This document shows positions 1 to 15,574 of a stretch of 64,000 nucleotides of DNA, piece by piece. Both the position numbers and the translations under genes were made by a program. The notes beneath the pieces were generated by a model that ran no database searches, was not told the origin of the DNA, and worked only from the letters and a program-made list of their open reading frames with translations. Each line of letters starts with the position of its first letter. The first letter of the stretch is position 1. Origin of the DNA: Amoeboaphelidium protococcarum X5 (Eukaryota > Fungi > Aphelidiomycota); contig JALDTO010000154.1 of NCBI GenBank assembly GCA_023515725.1, forward strand, positions 577,484 through 641,483, written 5' to 3'.

Positions 1-502
1 GGTTGGCAGTGAAGTGCATTGCGGATGAGTTCTCCAACCATTCAGTTGAAGTCTTTAATAGTGTCTTTGCTGGACTATCTGATAATCCTTAAAATAGTCT
101 CTTCAACAACAGCTGACCATCATTGGAGGCAGACATGGTAGGAATCAGGTGTTTGTCAGTTTAATTTGCGGTAACATATGTAGCAACTAGAGACATGCGT
201 CTCACATCCTCCTCAGATACAGATTAAGGCAATCAAATGGAGAATCTCTGAAAGAAGTCTTAAGTAATCAACTTTCCATGACTGGGAACGAGAGGTACTT
301 ATTACTGCGCATTGTTAATTGGTCTCTGATGTACAATCTCGACCGGCGCCGTGGAGTGTGCCTTTGAAGAAGATGACTCTGCCTGAGAAGACTGCTATCA
401 AGCACGACTAACCACTGCGGCTGCAAGCTACATAGGAAGGCCAACCCTTTGAGAAACTTCACAGCAACTGCAATTAAATCAACCTGAATTGATCTTGCTT
501 CT

Positions 503-850
503 TCACGTACTACCATATTGTGCTGCATGCCAATTTTCCAGGAGAGCTGCGGCCAGACATTCAAAAGATACCCATTGCGCGTCCTCAACATCAAGTTTAT
601 ATAAACGACACAGATTTCGGCCAAGGCTAGCATTGAACTCATCAACTTGGTTCTCAAAGGTAAAATCAAGACCAGCAAACTGCAGCATATCACAGTTAAA
701 GCCAGCATTAACGATCTGATTTTGGAGATCACTTTCAGTAGCTTTGGGATCACAGACTCCAACGCGTTCGCCAATAAGTTAAAGTTGCTTTTTATTATAT
801 TTGGACAATTTATGATTCAACTCTTCGAGATCCTCCTTAGATAGAACCAT
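503..850 (-). CDS. Hypothetical helical protein, 115 aa (TAA=Gln)
   Basis: ATG at 850 (MVLSKEDLEELNHKLSKYNKKQLQLIGERVGV...) reads through one TAA into ORF 503..688 and ends at TGA; no family recognised. Confidence 0.5.
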
Positions 851-1830
851 CCTGTTTGTTTGAAGTAGTAGAAGTGATAGTGGGTGAGTGAATTAAAGGA
901 ATCAATGAAATCACCATGTTAAGAGTCAAATTTGATTAGAGGCGTTCTGAAACAGAGAAACGCGTGAAGTAAGATGCCCGAAACGGTTAGTAAAGTCGAA
1001 AACGGAAAAAACATATTCCCCAAAAGTCTTTGTAAAACGCGTACTCTTTGAGTGTGGCTAAATCTAGATAATTAGAGAATAATGAAGTGGGGAAGAACTT
1101 GTCCTCAAACAACCAACATGAGGACGAGTCAGTCCTCATCACCGAACGTCGAATGACTAATTGAGATATCTCACTCAAACTACTCCGGCCTGTAGAGAAT
1201 ACTGTATTTCATACCCAAGATGAGTTTTACGCCGTCAAACTGAGTTTTGGTTGAGCCAGCTCGAATGAGGACACCATGTCCGCAAGTAACAATAAATGAT
1301 AATTTTAACATATCCAGCACACCAAATCTGTTAAAATGAATTATAAAGACGAATGGAACAATAAATAACACACCTGATCGTTGGTGATGCCAGAACAACC
1401 ACCTGTGACAATTGCCGCAGGTTAGTAGAATCTCAAATTGAGCAGGTGATTAGAAACATGGAAACTCCAAGTTTACTAATAAATGTTCAGACAGAGAGAA
1501 CTGCGCGTAGAGATGTTATCACGCATCACTATTTATTTAAGACTATGATCTGAGCATAGTGAAGCCACCATCAAACTCCGCAAAAGAGATACGCTAAAGC
1601 TCGTTCGCGGACAAACAAGCTAAATCACTATGCAGAAGCCCCAATATTAAGTACACATTAATTCATTAAATTTACAAGATTAATCAGTAGGCCTTATATT
1701 TCCTTTATTAAGACCAGCCTTGTTAATCTGTAGTGAGCTGATCAACACGAGGACGAGTTATTCCTAGTTGTTGATGTAGATGGTAGATTTGTTACCTTGA
1801 AAGCTCTGGTCGATAGCTGATTGAAATAGA

Positions 1831-2187
1831 ATGGGAGAATTTTTAATGATGTAATAGTAATCGATGTTTGAAATCTTACACGAGTAACAGTCGACTGCGT
1901 AGCCAGCTTTTCCTGAAGTAGCACGCTGGCTGTAAAATGCTTTTAACCAGCGAGATTTTACTGTAACTTTGCACCATAGTTCCGCTTAGATCTGTTAGTT
2001 GCGCGGTGAGGCAGAGACTGTGATTCAAAATATGACTCCTGCCAGTAAGCGGGCGCTCAGAGCTGTCTGTGAGACTCCGACGCCTCTAAGTACTAATTTT
2101 ACCAGAGGCATGTTTAAAGAGATTCCTCCTCCTCCTAGTCAAAGCAGCGCGCAACCTAAAAAAAAGTAGCGTCGTAAAAAATGTTGA
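1831..2187 (+). CDS. Small hypothetical protein with basic NLS-like C-terminus
   Basis: Open with UAR=Gln: MGEFLMMQQQSMFE...PPPPSQSSAQPKKKQRRKKC-TGA; upstream exons not excluded. Confidence 0.35.
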
Positions 2188-3157
2188 GCCGTAGTATCGC
2201 ATTATTTTGCGATCTGGTTGTACGCGATAGGATTTAATGTAATGGTTGAGAAAACAGGAAGTGATGGCATCAATTTGCTTTAAATTAAGTACAAGAGGAA
2301 GAGCCAAGGTTGTCAATGAGCTACCGCCTTAATGTATCTAGGGTGGAAACTCAAGTGCCATTGGTGAAATGGCGATTAATCCTGTAAAAAAGATGAAGAT
2401 GATTAAACTCTCCATCAATGGTGCTGAAGCAGTACTGAGTGTCCGTCAGAAAATTATAAAACTGACGAAGCCTGTCTGTAGCAGGAGCCAAAGATGATCA
2501 AGTGGGACGCGTGAAGAGCTGTCCAGGTGCTGTGGAAACACTGGGCTTGCTGACTAATCAAACAGCATTTCTTATGCTGTTGCCCGCAAGGTAGTGGTCT
2601 ATATCTTCTTATTTAGAGGGGCCATGAGATTACCAGCCTTGTGATTCGGCTCCCAGATTAAAATAAATTATTGTTATTATTTGCTTAAAATTGGGAATAC
2701 TGAATGAATGTTTTGTTTTGAATAGCGAATATAGCGATTTGCAATTGTAATCTAGTTTCATACTTGTACTACTATTGGGCAGCGATTGTTACAGAACCTG
2801 CGACAATAGCAATAACCGTATTTTGTTTTAAGCCGAATACTCTTTATCAGACTTGTTTATAGTATATATTTCATCAAAACAGGCGCGTAGTTAGCTTTTA
2901 TACAGTATGCTGGTCTCATTAATTTTGCTCTCAGTTTAAGATTATCTCCAAGCACTGACGTTGACACGTCATAAATGTTAGTATGCTCAGAGTAATGCTG
3001 ACTACGCTACTAGCCTCAGCATAAGTTTGTGAAGAATCGATAAAGATCTAGTTTCATTGTTTGTTGATCCTAACGCTTTAGTTTCCTCCCACACCGCCCG
3101 TCTGCTTATCCATCAATCAATTAATTAATCGGCACATTGCCTGATTTCATATCAAGT

Positions 3158-3874
3158 ATGTCTATGGCAAGAGCCTCTGTTGAGAGTGATACTCGAAGAC
3201 GGCAGAGACCGCCAATCGCTCCTATAATTGGTAGTAGTAGTAATGATAATAATCAGCCGCATTAACAAGACTATGGCCACTTGAACCCAAAAAAGAGAAT
3301 TCTATCACAGTAATCCTATGACTTATCCAACTAGTTGCAAGTTCCAAAGAACCTTAGAGTATCCTCATCAATAACAGAGGGATCCGTCAATATAGATAAC
3401 TAGTATGCTAATACAGCCGATACTGAGTAATTTGACTCAATGATGGAGATTGATTGCCACGATCAAGAATCATAGCACAACATCGCAAGGGCGTCCAACA
3501 ATCATCCACACTAGCCGAGATCTTATTCAGTCCCGAGTGCTCATCTGGTGTAGTTAGTGAATCAGTTTTAGACCAAGATGTATGATGATGCTGGCTAGTA
3601 CTTGGACAAGTATTGCAGTCATGACACCACTGAGTGTGAACATGATGTCTCTTGTGATTCTATAATTATTGTCGATGATTATGATGATTTAGTAAATGAA
3701 GAGCTTAACCGCGTATTAGGAAGAGATAGATAGCAGTAGCGCATCGTGAGGAATGCATTGGAGAATATGTCTCAGGCATCATCAAGTGCAATGGCTTACA
3801 ATGACCGATCCTCGGTGCAATTCGAAAGCCTCACAGCTATGGAGGATGAAGTTAACGAAGAATTTTATCAATGA
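3158..3874 (+). CDS. Hypothetical low-complexity/disordered protein, 238 aa
   Basis: ATG to TGA open frame of 717 bp with UAR=Gln (MSMARASVESDTRRRQRPP...EEFYQ); absent from the standard-code track. Confidence 0.65.
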
Positions 3875-3954
3875 ATATCTATTATATAAATTAGAATGTT
3901 ATGTAATGATATGATATGTTTATATCTGATGCATTTCTTCTCGTTCGAGATTTA

Positions 3955-5118
3955 TCAGCATGATGAGGGTAGTCTGGTAATCTTGAACAGAGTCACTTCA
4001 AGGCCAGATACCATCACAGTTCTTTCCCAGTCAATTTAAAGCAGCTTATTAGGAATACTTCTCCGCAACAGCTTCTTTTCCAAAGTCAATAAGAACAGAC
4101 GGGAACTCTATTTCAAAGACAGTTTTTATTCAACGTTGCGTAAGAATTTTGGATAAGTCTTTGCAACCTGCTTGTGCGATCCTTCGCGAACTCCCCAAGG
4201 TAGATCGCTGATTATGACATCTAGTGAATGATCTCGAACTGGCAGTAGACAAGCATCAGCACAGAATGCTCCAAGTAAGCGTTTACTGAGAAATGGTTGA
4301 TTCACGTTGGAGTGGCCCTCATTGTAGAGCGTTTTTTCATACAACTCTGATGCTAGACATAGAGCGCGACATTACCGCATAGATGCTTCAATTGGAATAG
4401 TGCACACACCAGCAAAACAATCCAACACAATCTCACCGGGCTGAATGTCAGCAATGCGTGCAAGACAGTGAGCAATCTGCGGCTTCATCGCTGTCCTGCC
4501 GAATGATACGCGGTAACGATCGTGTTTGAACAGATCAAATACGGGAGGCAATTCCAGTCCAACGACAGCCTAAGCCTTTTACGCGTTTGATGTGTCATTG
4601 TCTATAAAGAGCTAGAAATTGAGATCAAAGTCTATGAGATTAACAGCCAGGCGGGGAAATCGCAATAGAACACCACATCCCACAGTAGAACCCATCACAT
4701 CACTACCAGGTAATTTCAACTTACTTCCACCATTTGATTGAATTAGTTTAGTACAACTAGCGCGAAACTTAAAAACTGGTCTATCCGCCAAAGGTATTCC
4801 GGCTATACATCTCCATGCAATCAACGCCTATGCGATATCACTGTACCGCTAAACACACTGTGATAGAACGATTGTTTCTGCATGACGCGCATCACTAATT
4901 ACATCCTTGTAGATGAATAGATACGCCGACTCAACAGTATGCAAACTACGAATGACTTTAATCAATTTTATATAATTGATATCACCGGATATCCCGCTAG
5001 TCAATATCAAACCATGTCCAATTCGTGACAATGAACAACCGCACAGACGAGTTAACACGTTCAACTCTTACGTCGATACGTCTTCAAATCCAACTGGAAC
5101 TTTAAATATTAGATGCAT
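3955..5118 (-). CDS. THUMP-domain RNA (m2G-type) methyltransferase, THUMPD2/THUMPD3/Trm14-like
   Basis: Three track fragments join in frame across UAR codons: N-terminal VPVGFE, THUMP FRASC, GRTAMKPQIAHCLA, SAM motif VLDCFAGVCTIPIEA, and DVIISDLPWG. Confidence 0.85.
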
Positions 5119-5841
5119 TTTCTACTGAATACAGTTCATATACTTGATAGAAATAAAATAAAATTATCTATGACTAATTTTTAAAGAACGACATCTGATA
5201 ATTGTCGCGTGATTATTGTCATAAAAGTCGCAGAAAGCGATTGTCGTGAAGATGGCAAAGCGCCTCCTAGACTAAAGCAGAGGAGGCGTGACGCGTGTAC
5301 TGTATAAATATTGTAATCATGAGCGGATAGACTTTATTCGAGTGGTTAACTCAAATTTTATTAAAGTCTATAACGTCTTTCTAACAATTATGGAAACTGG
5401 ATGCACGCGATTGCACTGATGGAAATGGCTGGCCGGTAATTGGTATTGCGAATGATGGCATCAATGAGCATAAAAGTTGGAATCGTTCAATGAAATACTT
5501 TATTTGAAGTTATATTGAATAGTTATAAATGAGCATCGTTTAAGGCTTCGTCGACAGTTCTACAATGCGGTAATACCAGCAACAACCTGGGATAATATTG
5601 ATGCTTTTGTTAATGATTGATTTATGAACTTTTTATTGGTTTTTATAAGCAAAAGTGTGCAATATAATGTCGTCTATATGCTCAAAAATTATTTCAATAT
5701 TTGAACCGGTGGTCTCTTTTGCTTTTTCGCCATTGATCTATCTGATGCTTAATCGTGATGTGATGTGATGACGGTTTATGATGTGACTTATAGCAGATAT
5801 AAAAGACACAAACTAGAATCATATTTCTCTATTAGTAAAGG

Positions 5842-6150
5842 ATGTAAAAGTATGGTGCGATTAGCGCGAGTTTGAATGAATATAAGAACATAGCCCATGG
5901 TTCTGACTATAAGCAAGAGAATGGAATCTGTGTCTCCAAACCGTATTATTCTTGTGGGGCTATTAGTAGTGATAATTGGTGCAAAGATGAGAAAGGTTGG
6001 AAATGCTACAGATGCCGAAATTTCGAAATGAGAATCAAGAAGCATTGGACCGGATATAAATATCTAGTGCCGTCCACTGCGCTGAAACTTGTACCAACTG
6101 CGGTATACACGAGACGGAAACGAAGCAGAAAAGGCTTGCGAAATCTGTGA
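5842..6150 (+). CDS. Small hypothetical protein with degenerate GATA-like zinc finger
   Basis: YYSCGAISSDNWCKDEKGWKCYRC followed by a basic tail (RRKRSRK); the first Cys position is Tyr. Confidence 0.35.
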
Positions 6151-6595
6151 AGGACTTCAAGAATCCAGGATGTCGACGATGCGAAAGTTTCTATTAGAAG
6201 AGATCGAAAATGCCACGCTAGGAAATTGGAGACATAAGACATGCTGATATGAGCATGAAGTAGATCCGATTTGAACGCCATGACTGTCTCCTGCGGAAAT
6301 AGCCTCATTGTTCTAGATATTTCACATTCTTGCATGGAGCAAACGTCGCCGCACAAAAAGAAGATTACTTGCGTAACGCACGTTGGAATTCTACAATAAA
6401 AGCGCGCCCTGAGAATCCGCTTGTGAGATTGACGAAAAATCTTCCGCACAATGGATCAAAGCGAGCGACGCGTAACATCGCAAACGGTAGGCAGAAAACG
6501 AAAGCTGCTGTATACTGTACTGATAAAGAAAGCAAAAAATGAAGCTAAATCTAAGTTCGTGACACTAATAATTATATTTTAATTCCTCGATTTTT

Positions 6596-9118
6596 TCAAA
6601 GCTTGTCATAAAACTTATCAAGCGGTGGTATCTCTTCGGACAAGTTCTTTCTCTTTCTGATACCCTTCACAATCTCGTTAGGCTTGGTTCCATCTTCCAA
6701 AGCGTTACCCTTCATCAGCTCCCAATGATCAAAGACACACTGTGGGAAAGCCTGGCCACCAGTGTGAGAACGCAGGTCGGCAGTAAAACCGAAAGACTCG
6801 TTCACAGGCAAGTAAGCCTTGACGTTGTACATTGGAGTACCTGGTCTCTGCTCCTCGGCAATCACCTGACCACGGCGTCTGTTCAGACAACTGTAAATAC
6901 CACCAATAGCATTCTCAGGACACTGAATCTCACAGAGATAGACTGGCTCCTGCAGCGATGGCTCAGCAGTCAGAAGAGATGCATACAACACACGACGACA
7001 AGTTGGAATAATCTAACCACCACCTCTGTGAATAGCATCAGTGTGCAAGGTAACATCCAGGACATTAAATCTACATCCACGCATGTTCTCCTCAGCCATT
7101 GGACCTTCCTTAGTAGCCCACTGGAAAGCAGCAACACAACTATCTTTGATTTCATTCAGATACTGCACAGCCTTAGTGGCATCCACCAACAGATTGGCAC
7201 CACTAGTCTCAGGACCAAAACACCAAATCTTACGCGCCTCAGTCACATCCCATCCGTAATCGTCAGCCAGCATACGGCCACGAATCTTGAAATCATCACG
7301 AGGATGAACTTTACCAGACTCGATGTCAACGCTCAACTGCTCATCCAAAGGCTACGCCTTCATGTAGATACGGTTGTGCTTGTTTGGAGACTTACTCAGA
7401 CAGACAATGTTAGACTCGGCAGTGACAGTCTCACGGTAACTCACAACAGGCTCACTGATACGCAGAGGAACACCAGCGTGATCCTCCTCCAGATCCTTCA
7501 AACAAATTTCCAGATGCAACTCACCAGCACCGGCAACAATGTGCTCACCAGACTCTGCAGTCATGGTCTACACGCACGGATCAGACTTGCTCAGACGCTT
7601 CAAACCTTCGACCAGCTTTGGCAGATCGTTAGCATTCTTCACCTCAACAGCGACACGCACGACAGGAGACACGGAGAACTTCATAACCTTCAAGTTGTGA
7701 GCAGTCTCGGAAGTGGTGATGGTACCAGACTTCAACAAGAACTGGTCAACACCAACCAGACCGACAATGTTACCAGCAGGACAATCCTCAATAGGCTCAA
7801 CGTAACGACCCATCATCAGCACGGTACGCTGAATAGACTTCACAAACAGATCTTCCTTCTTACCAGGAGTGTAGTTTGGACCCTGGATACGAACCTTCAA
7901 ACCAGCCTTGACAGTACCAGAAAAGACACGGCCGAAAGCATAGAAACGACCCTTATCCGAAGTTGGCACCATCTTACTGACGTACAGCATAAGTGGACCC
8001 TTAGGATCACAAGCACGGATACCCTCAGCACACTCGTCATCCAGTGGACCTTCGTACAGAGCATCAGCACGGTACTTCTGAGCAGTGACAGGAGATGGCA
8101 AGTGAATGACAATCATCTCCAACAGTGCCTCACCAGCAGGCAAGAACTTCTTCATCACAGTCTTCAACAGAGGCTTACCCTCCAAATCCTTCTCCTCACC
8201 CTTGAGAGTGATCTCCAACTTGGTCAACATCTCAGCAGTCACGTCCTTCTTGAAATTCATGATTGCGTCAAACAGCTTGTAAATTGGGTCCAGCACGAAC
8301 TGACAGAAGGCACGATCATAAGTCTTTCCATCATCATCAGTAGCCTTCTTCATCCACTTCTTACCCGTGAAGAACACATCACCCCACAGACGGCCCATCA
8401 TCTTCTGACGATCAACACCAAACTTCTTGGAGTAGCGGACGGCAAACTGACGCAGAGTGAAAGCCCAACCGTGCAAACCAGAACCGAAAGCAACGGTACC
8501 CTTCTCAGCGGCAACCATCAAATCACCCAGAGCCTTGTCGTTATAGGTGGAAATGATCACGTTCACACTCTCAATGGTACGACAGAAAGACTGATACAAA
8601 TCTTCCTTGGTAGACTGCAGTTCCAGCAGAGCACGATCAACCTTGTTGATAATCACCACAGGCTTAATCTTTTCAGTCAGTGCTTGACGCAACACAGTCT
8701 CGGTCTGCACACAGACACCTTCAACACAGTCGACAACGACCAGGGCACCATCAGTGACACGCAGAGCAGCAGTAACTTCACTGGAGAAATCAACGTGGCC
8801 GGGAGAGTCGATCAAGTTGATCAGGAAACCATTACCTTCAGTCTTCTACTGAATCTCCTTAACATCCTCTTCATCCATCTCGAAATACATGGAAATGGCA
8901 GTGGACTTGATAGTAATACCACGCTCCTGCTCATCAGCACGCGTATCAGTAAATCTCGCATTACCAGCATTTGCCTAGGCAATAATACCCGCTTTACTAA
9001 CCAGCGAATCAGTCAGAGTAGACTTTCCGTGATCGACGTGGGCAATAACACTGATATTTCTGATATTATAACGAACGTCCATAAGACCTCTAATCTAGTC
9101 AACTGTAAACGTAACCAT
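6596..9118 (-). CDS. EFT2: Translation elongation factor 2 (eEF2), 840 aa, intronless
   Basis: MVTFTVD(TAG=Q)[30 protein letters not shown], diphthamide loop [10 protein letters not shown](TAG=Q)IIPT, C-terminus FYDKL-TGA; six in-frame TAG. Confidence 0.99.
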
Positions 9119-9911
9119 CTTTGCTCACTCACTGTATTATTATTATTACTATTCTACGACTAGACTTGTTTATAAGAAATTGAATAGAACGGCAAAGGCT
9201 AAGTACAACAACACAATGATTGATTATTATAGCAACTAACACAACAATAAGAGAGAGAGAATTTGACTGCCAAAATGACGTGGCGTGTTGGACTGAGCGA
9301 GGCGACGAGAAAGAGATTTTAACATCAAAATGGCAAACCGTAACCGAGGCGCGTGTCATTTCGATCGATTCGCTCTCTTTCTCTATTTGTGCTCTCCATC
9401 TCCCTTTCCTTAAGCTGACCAGTGTGGCGTTTTAGTGATTGCTGCAGTTTCACGCCTAACTGTTTGGGCAATGTCTACAGCATGTCTCATAAACACGTTA
9501 AGTGATATTGAGATTACTCGCTGTGTGTTATTCTGGCTTGATCAATTTATGACAAAGTCACTTTCTTAAGTTTTGCTGATGGTTGTGATATATTCTGCTT
9601 ATTCCTCTTGTAGAGTAATGCACTTTTCTTTATGTGGTCCATGGATCTACAGTATCTGCTGTAATTAAGGCTAGTAATATGCGGCAAATTTAATCTTGAA
9701 GAGATCGTGCTTATAGTAGCTTTTGTTAAGTTTTCGCCATTTCTTTGCGACGTGAGGAATGGTGAGGAATAAAGTCGTTCCGTTTCAGCGATTGTTTCTC
9801 AAACTTTCTCTGGTTTTGGGATTGATTCTCTTTGAACAAATTTCAATTGTTTCACCATCCTTTTCTTTCTGAATTTATTAAACGTCAATTTATATACAGT
9901 ACTACTAAATT

Positions 9912-11702
9912 ATGGGGAATCCACTGTCGAAGGAAATCAATGCATAGAAGAATGCTACTGAAATCAGTTTGGCCAAGCATGATCTCAAGGCTATTCCACC
10001 AGAGTTGAAGAATTGCAAGAAGAGTGTCCGTCTGGATTTGTCCAATAACTCCATCTCTGACATTACTCCTGAACTGAGTAAGTTATAAATTTCATTCATG
10101 TATTAATGTATTTTGCTAGATAAATACATTCACATTATATTATGTAGGATTTTTAACTCAGTTAAAGTCTATTGATCTGTCCAATAATGCTTTCAATCAC
10201 TTCCCACCGGATCTGTGTAAGATGAACCAGCTCACTCATGTTTTATTGTCTAATAATCGCCTATTCTACTCTCCAATGACTCCAATGATTTCTTAATTGA
10301 CCAATATTTTGCGTTTGGATTTGAGTGGAAACCAGTTGGAAGAGTTGCCGATGGAAGTGGCCCAGTTGACAAGTCTGAGGTAGTTGGATCTGCATCACAA
10401 TGACTTCAAGTTGATACCTGACTGTGTGCTCAGTCTTATCGGACTAGAAATACTCAATATACAGAGTAATAAGATCAAGCATATTGGTCAGGAGATTACG
10501 AAGCTAAAGTATATCAGAGAATTGGATTTGAGCGATAATCTTCTACCAAGACTGCCGGATGAGATTTGTCTACTGGAGAGATTGACCAGATTGTGGATCC
10601 AATCTAATGCAATTTCTTAGCTTCCTGATAAGATTGGTCTCCTGACTCGTATCGAGGATTTTGATATTTCTCATAATAAGCAACTGTCACAACTGCCACC
10701 TTCTCTGGCCAACTGTATAAATTTGAAAAGAATGGTCATGCAGGACATCAAGGTTGACTTTTTGCCTGTGAACTTGGTGAGAAATTGGACAATGATGTTG
10801 GACTTTTCCGTCCGCGATAATCCTCAGATTGATGCTATTCCACGTAAGTTTATCTTGATATTATCTACATGATGCTGACTAATTATCGTATTATATTAAG
10901 TGTAGAATCTATTGGTAATCTGACACAGTTGAAGAGACTGGATTGGTAGAATTGCTCCATTTCTTAGATTCCAGAAGAGATTGGATATTTACCCAACTTG
11001 GTGCACTTGGATTTGAGAAAGAATTAGTTGAATGTATCCTCTTTCCCTCAAAGCTTTAAGAACTTGCGATCTCTACAGAGACTTTATCTTGGGTAAGTGT
11101 CACGTTCTCTTGATATATTCATCAAATTCCCTGTTTATATACAATCACAAGCTTCCTGTGTGTAGAAGTAATAGATTGGAGTAGATGCCAGAGGCTTTGT
11201 TGGATTTGCAGAACATCGCTGAATTGGACATAAGTTCTAATTTAATCTACAACATCACTGATGAGATTGGATATCTAGTTGGAGTCGAGAAGTTGTTCAT
11301 GAACAACAACAAACTCGAGAGTATTCCAGCAACTATCTGGTAATTACTCCTTGATGTCATTTTATAGTAATTATAATATATCGATATTTTCAATCATGTA
11401 GTAACCTGACAAAGTTACAAAGTCTGGAGGCTAGATCTAATGCCATCACTCAACTACCTCCTGAATTGTGCTCTATACAGACTATGACCAGGTTGGACTT
11501 GTCGCACAATAATCTGCAGTCTATTCCCCTGGAACTATATACCATGGTGAATCTGGTGACTTTTGATTTGACCAACAATCCATTGATGGGATTCCCAAAT
11601 AATGTTCTCTCCGGTGGCCCAGTGGTATTGAGGGCGTTTTTGAAAGATTAATGGCTGAAGAGGAATCAGGCAGAGAAGTCGAAGAAGGGCAAGAAGAAGT
11701 GA
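9912..11702 (+). CDS. Leucine-rich repeat protein (SHOC2/LRRC-like), probable N-myristoylation, 4 introns
   Basis: Starts MGNPLSK, many LxxLDLSxNxLxxLP repeats, basic tail KSKKGKKK-TGA. GT-AG introns at 10078-10147, 10844-10905, 11093-11165 and 11340-11401 restore the frame. Confidence 0.9.
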
Positions 11703-11828
11703 TTATTATAGTTGGTGCGCACATGATGACTTATTTAATGATGATGATGATGAAGAGAGAATGAATTTTTAGTTTTAGTCAAAACAATTCGAGTTTAATA
11801 ACAACAGCGGTAGATACATAACATGATA

Positions 11829-13226
<1,398 letters not shown>

Positions 13227-13944
13227 CTTAAATTAAACTATATTAATGACTCTGTGTTTTATTGGCTTTCGGCAGATTACAATCAAAAGCTGGAAACAAG
13301 CAACTCAGTATGACGGGAATCCTCCTTTGAGAACTGGATGAAGGAAACCGCGTCTCGTCTAACTCTCAACGTTACGCGTCACCGTTTTGGTAAGGAAAGT
13401 AAGTATAACACTTAAACTGCTTCAGTATTGTATTATTATAAAATTATTTTTAGCATTTATATTCCATAAAATTTCTTTAATTGATAAAACTATAAAGCTC
13501 GTAATATATATATATATATATATCAATGTGATACCAGACATTGTTATAGAAAGGTCATGCTGTAATGTAACGATTTAACGTTTCGGATCGACCAAGTGTC
13601 AATTGGCAATCGGTTTCCGCGGATAGTTTCGATAATTGACACTTCAGCTGAATCTTGTGAGTAATATCACTTTTATTATGCTTGAACACATCGTATGGCT
13701 ATAAAAATAATTTTATTAAATGGATAATTTTACGCCAAACATTCATATGTATTTATCATCTTAATTAATTGGTATATTTATCACCTTCAGACCGACCATA
13801 TCTTATGTTTGAGTGTTAAACACCTGTTATCGCTAAAGACTGTTTCTCGTTCTCAACAATACTAAAGCTCACACATTTAAAGTCTATATAAAATATAACA
13901 TGGGATAAAATAAAATTAACAACTGGAATTCATCATATTGAAAA

Positions 13945-15420
13945 TCATTCACTAAGCATCTTAGAAGCATGACCCTCAATCGCCACCGAGTTTGAATCGC
14001 TTTCAATACCAACACCTTGAGGGACAGATTAAGCACCGGAAATCTGTTACAACTATTATTACACGCGTTACTCCTCTTTAACTTTATCCACAACAGTCTT
14101 TAGTTAATTACGATCCTCCATTAAGCGCTAATCTTCTTCTTCTTCGAGTAACAGCTAGTCCAACTCTGCCATTAACTCATCATCGTCCATGTCTTGCATT
14201 ACACCGGATGGCTGTTGAGAGATGGCAGTGTCAATTTCATTCAAATCTTGACTGAGCTCATTAATCTCATCCATAACACTGTCCACACTGTCAATGTTCA
14301 AATCACTCTACTTCATGATGGACTTTAAAGCAACATTGCCACTTTTTAGCGCATTCACAATAGCCACATCATTAGCCGCCGTCTGAATATTCATCAACAC
14401 AATTTAGAGATTGTGAAGCTTCTCTGTCTATTTGACGGCAGTCTATTCCAACACTTTCTTTTATTTAAGTAACAGGATAGCCATTTATCGATTACCGCGT
14501 TAAAGTGAGGCCTTAATCTAACTTTCATAAATCTGAATCTTTGACGATACATTTTCATTCTACTTCTCCACCAAGTGAACAGCTTACTTAACTACATATA
14601 TTCCCTTATCTGCATCAGTGATATGATTAGAAGTTGACTTTTACAAGGCAGAAGGTTGAATTTTTATGAGGACATTTTACGCGTGCAGAACCTCGAAATT
14701 TACAATTCTATTCCGCTTCAGTCCACTCAGCAATAGTAAAGCATCTTCAAGACTATTTAAAGATGGATATGCTGACTAAATGATCGCCTGAAATTCTTAT
14801 AACGACATTATAGCGTCAACATTAGTTGATTGAAACTAAGCGAGTGAGGACTATATGCGACTCTGAGCATTATCAAATACTTCTTTAATCAAGATACCGG
14901 AATGTGAGTGTTCATTACCAGCATTAGAGGAATGAGACTGGATGCTGCCAGTAAGAGAAGTAAAAGACATGCTGAGCAAATGTGACGCCATAGAGAAGGA
15001 CCAAGAGAGCCAACCAGATGAGGATTAACCAGAGTTTTAATGCAGTAGTTGAGCCAATTGAGGATCTAAAATTGAATCGCTTGCTACCAACTTTCGCTGT
15101 CTCTATAGCTCTTGAATTATATCATTCATCGAGTGTTATACTATACTATCCTTGTACATGAATATCCGCTATATATCAGCTGTATGTGGCAATAATAAGA
15201 GTGAATTAGCTTATGACTATTCCTTCGACAACTACTGTTACTGGTAATTCTTTATCACCTTGTACCAGAAATTCACTCGCTCATCATAAGCGCGTCTATT
15301 ATGGTCCCTGGATGGAGGTAATTTATTCATATTAACTCTCACTGCTGTTTAATCCAAGCCATCGTACCACATATCTTCTCCTGCACCTAATAATAAGGTC
15401 TCGTCAATTTCAACTGTCAT
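13945..15420 (-). CDS. CHMP7: ESCRT-II/III hybrid protein CHMP7/Chm7
   Basis: 491 aa: N-terminal winged-helix-like region (YDERVNFWYKVI, GWLSWSF) plus Snf7 domain (MAILLLKQKK...NLQIVLMNIQTA...VNALKSGNVALK...VDSVMDEINE...DDELMAELDQL). Confidence 0.85.
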
Positions 15421-15574
15421 TTCTTAGCAGCGAAATTGAGGAAGAGAAAAGAGATTCGCGCTGACTCGTCCCTCTAGAGAATCCATAGTCCGCGGTGAAG
15501 CCAAGAAGCATGCAATGACTTTGTAATAAATTAATTATGGTGACTAACTTTTGTAGTTGTATCAAGATATCAGA

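Noticed and set aside
503-850. Death-domain resemblance (LQLIGERVGV, ALLENW) in the small ORF
   Set aside because: Only two short generic helical motifs with wrong spacing; unsupported without a profile search.
916-1164. 82-codon + strand frame and other short frames at 1-470 and 2237-2500
   Set aside because: With only one stop codon, open frames of this length arise by chance; no motif support.
6725-9163. 812-aa + strand ORF, the longest in the track
   Set aside because: Antisense shadow of the codon-biased EF2 gene; no recognisable protein features.
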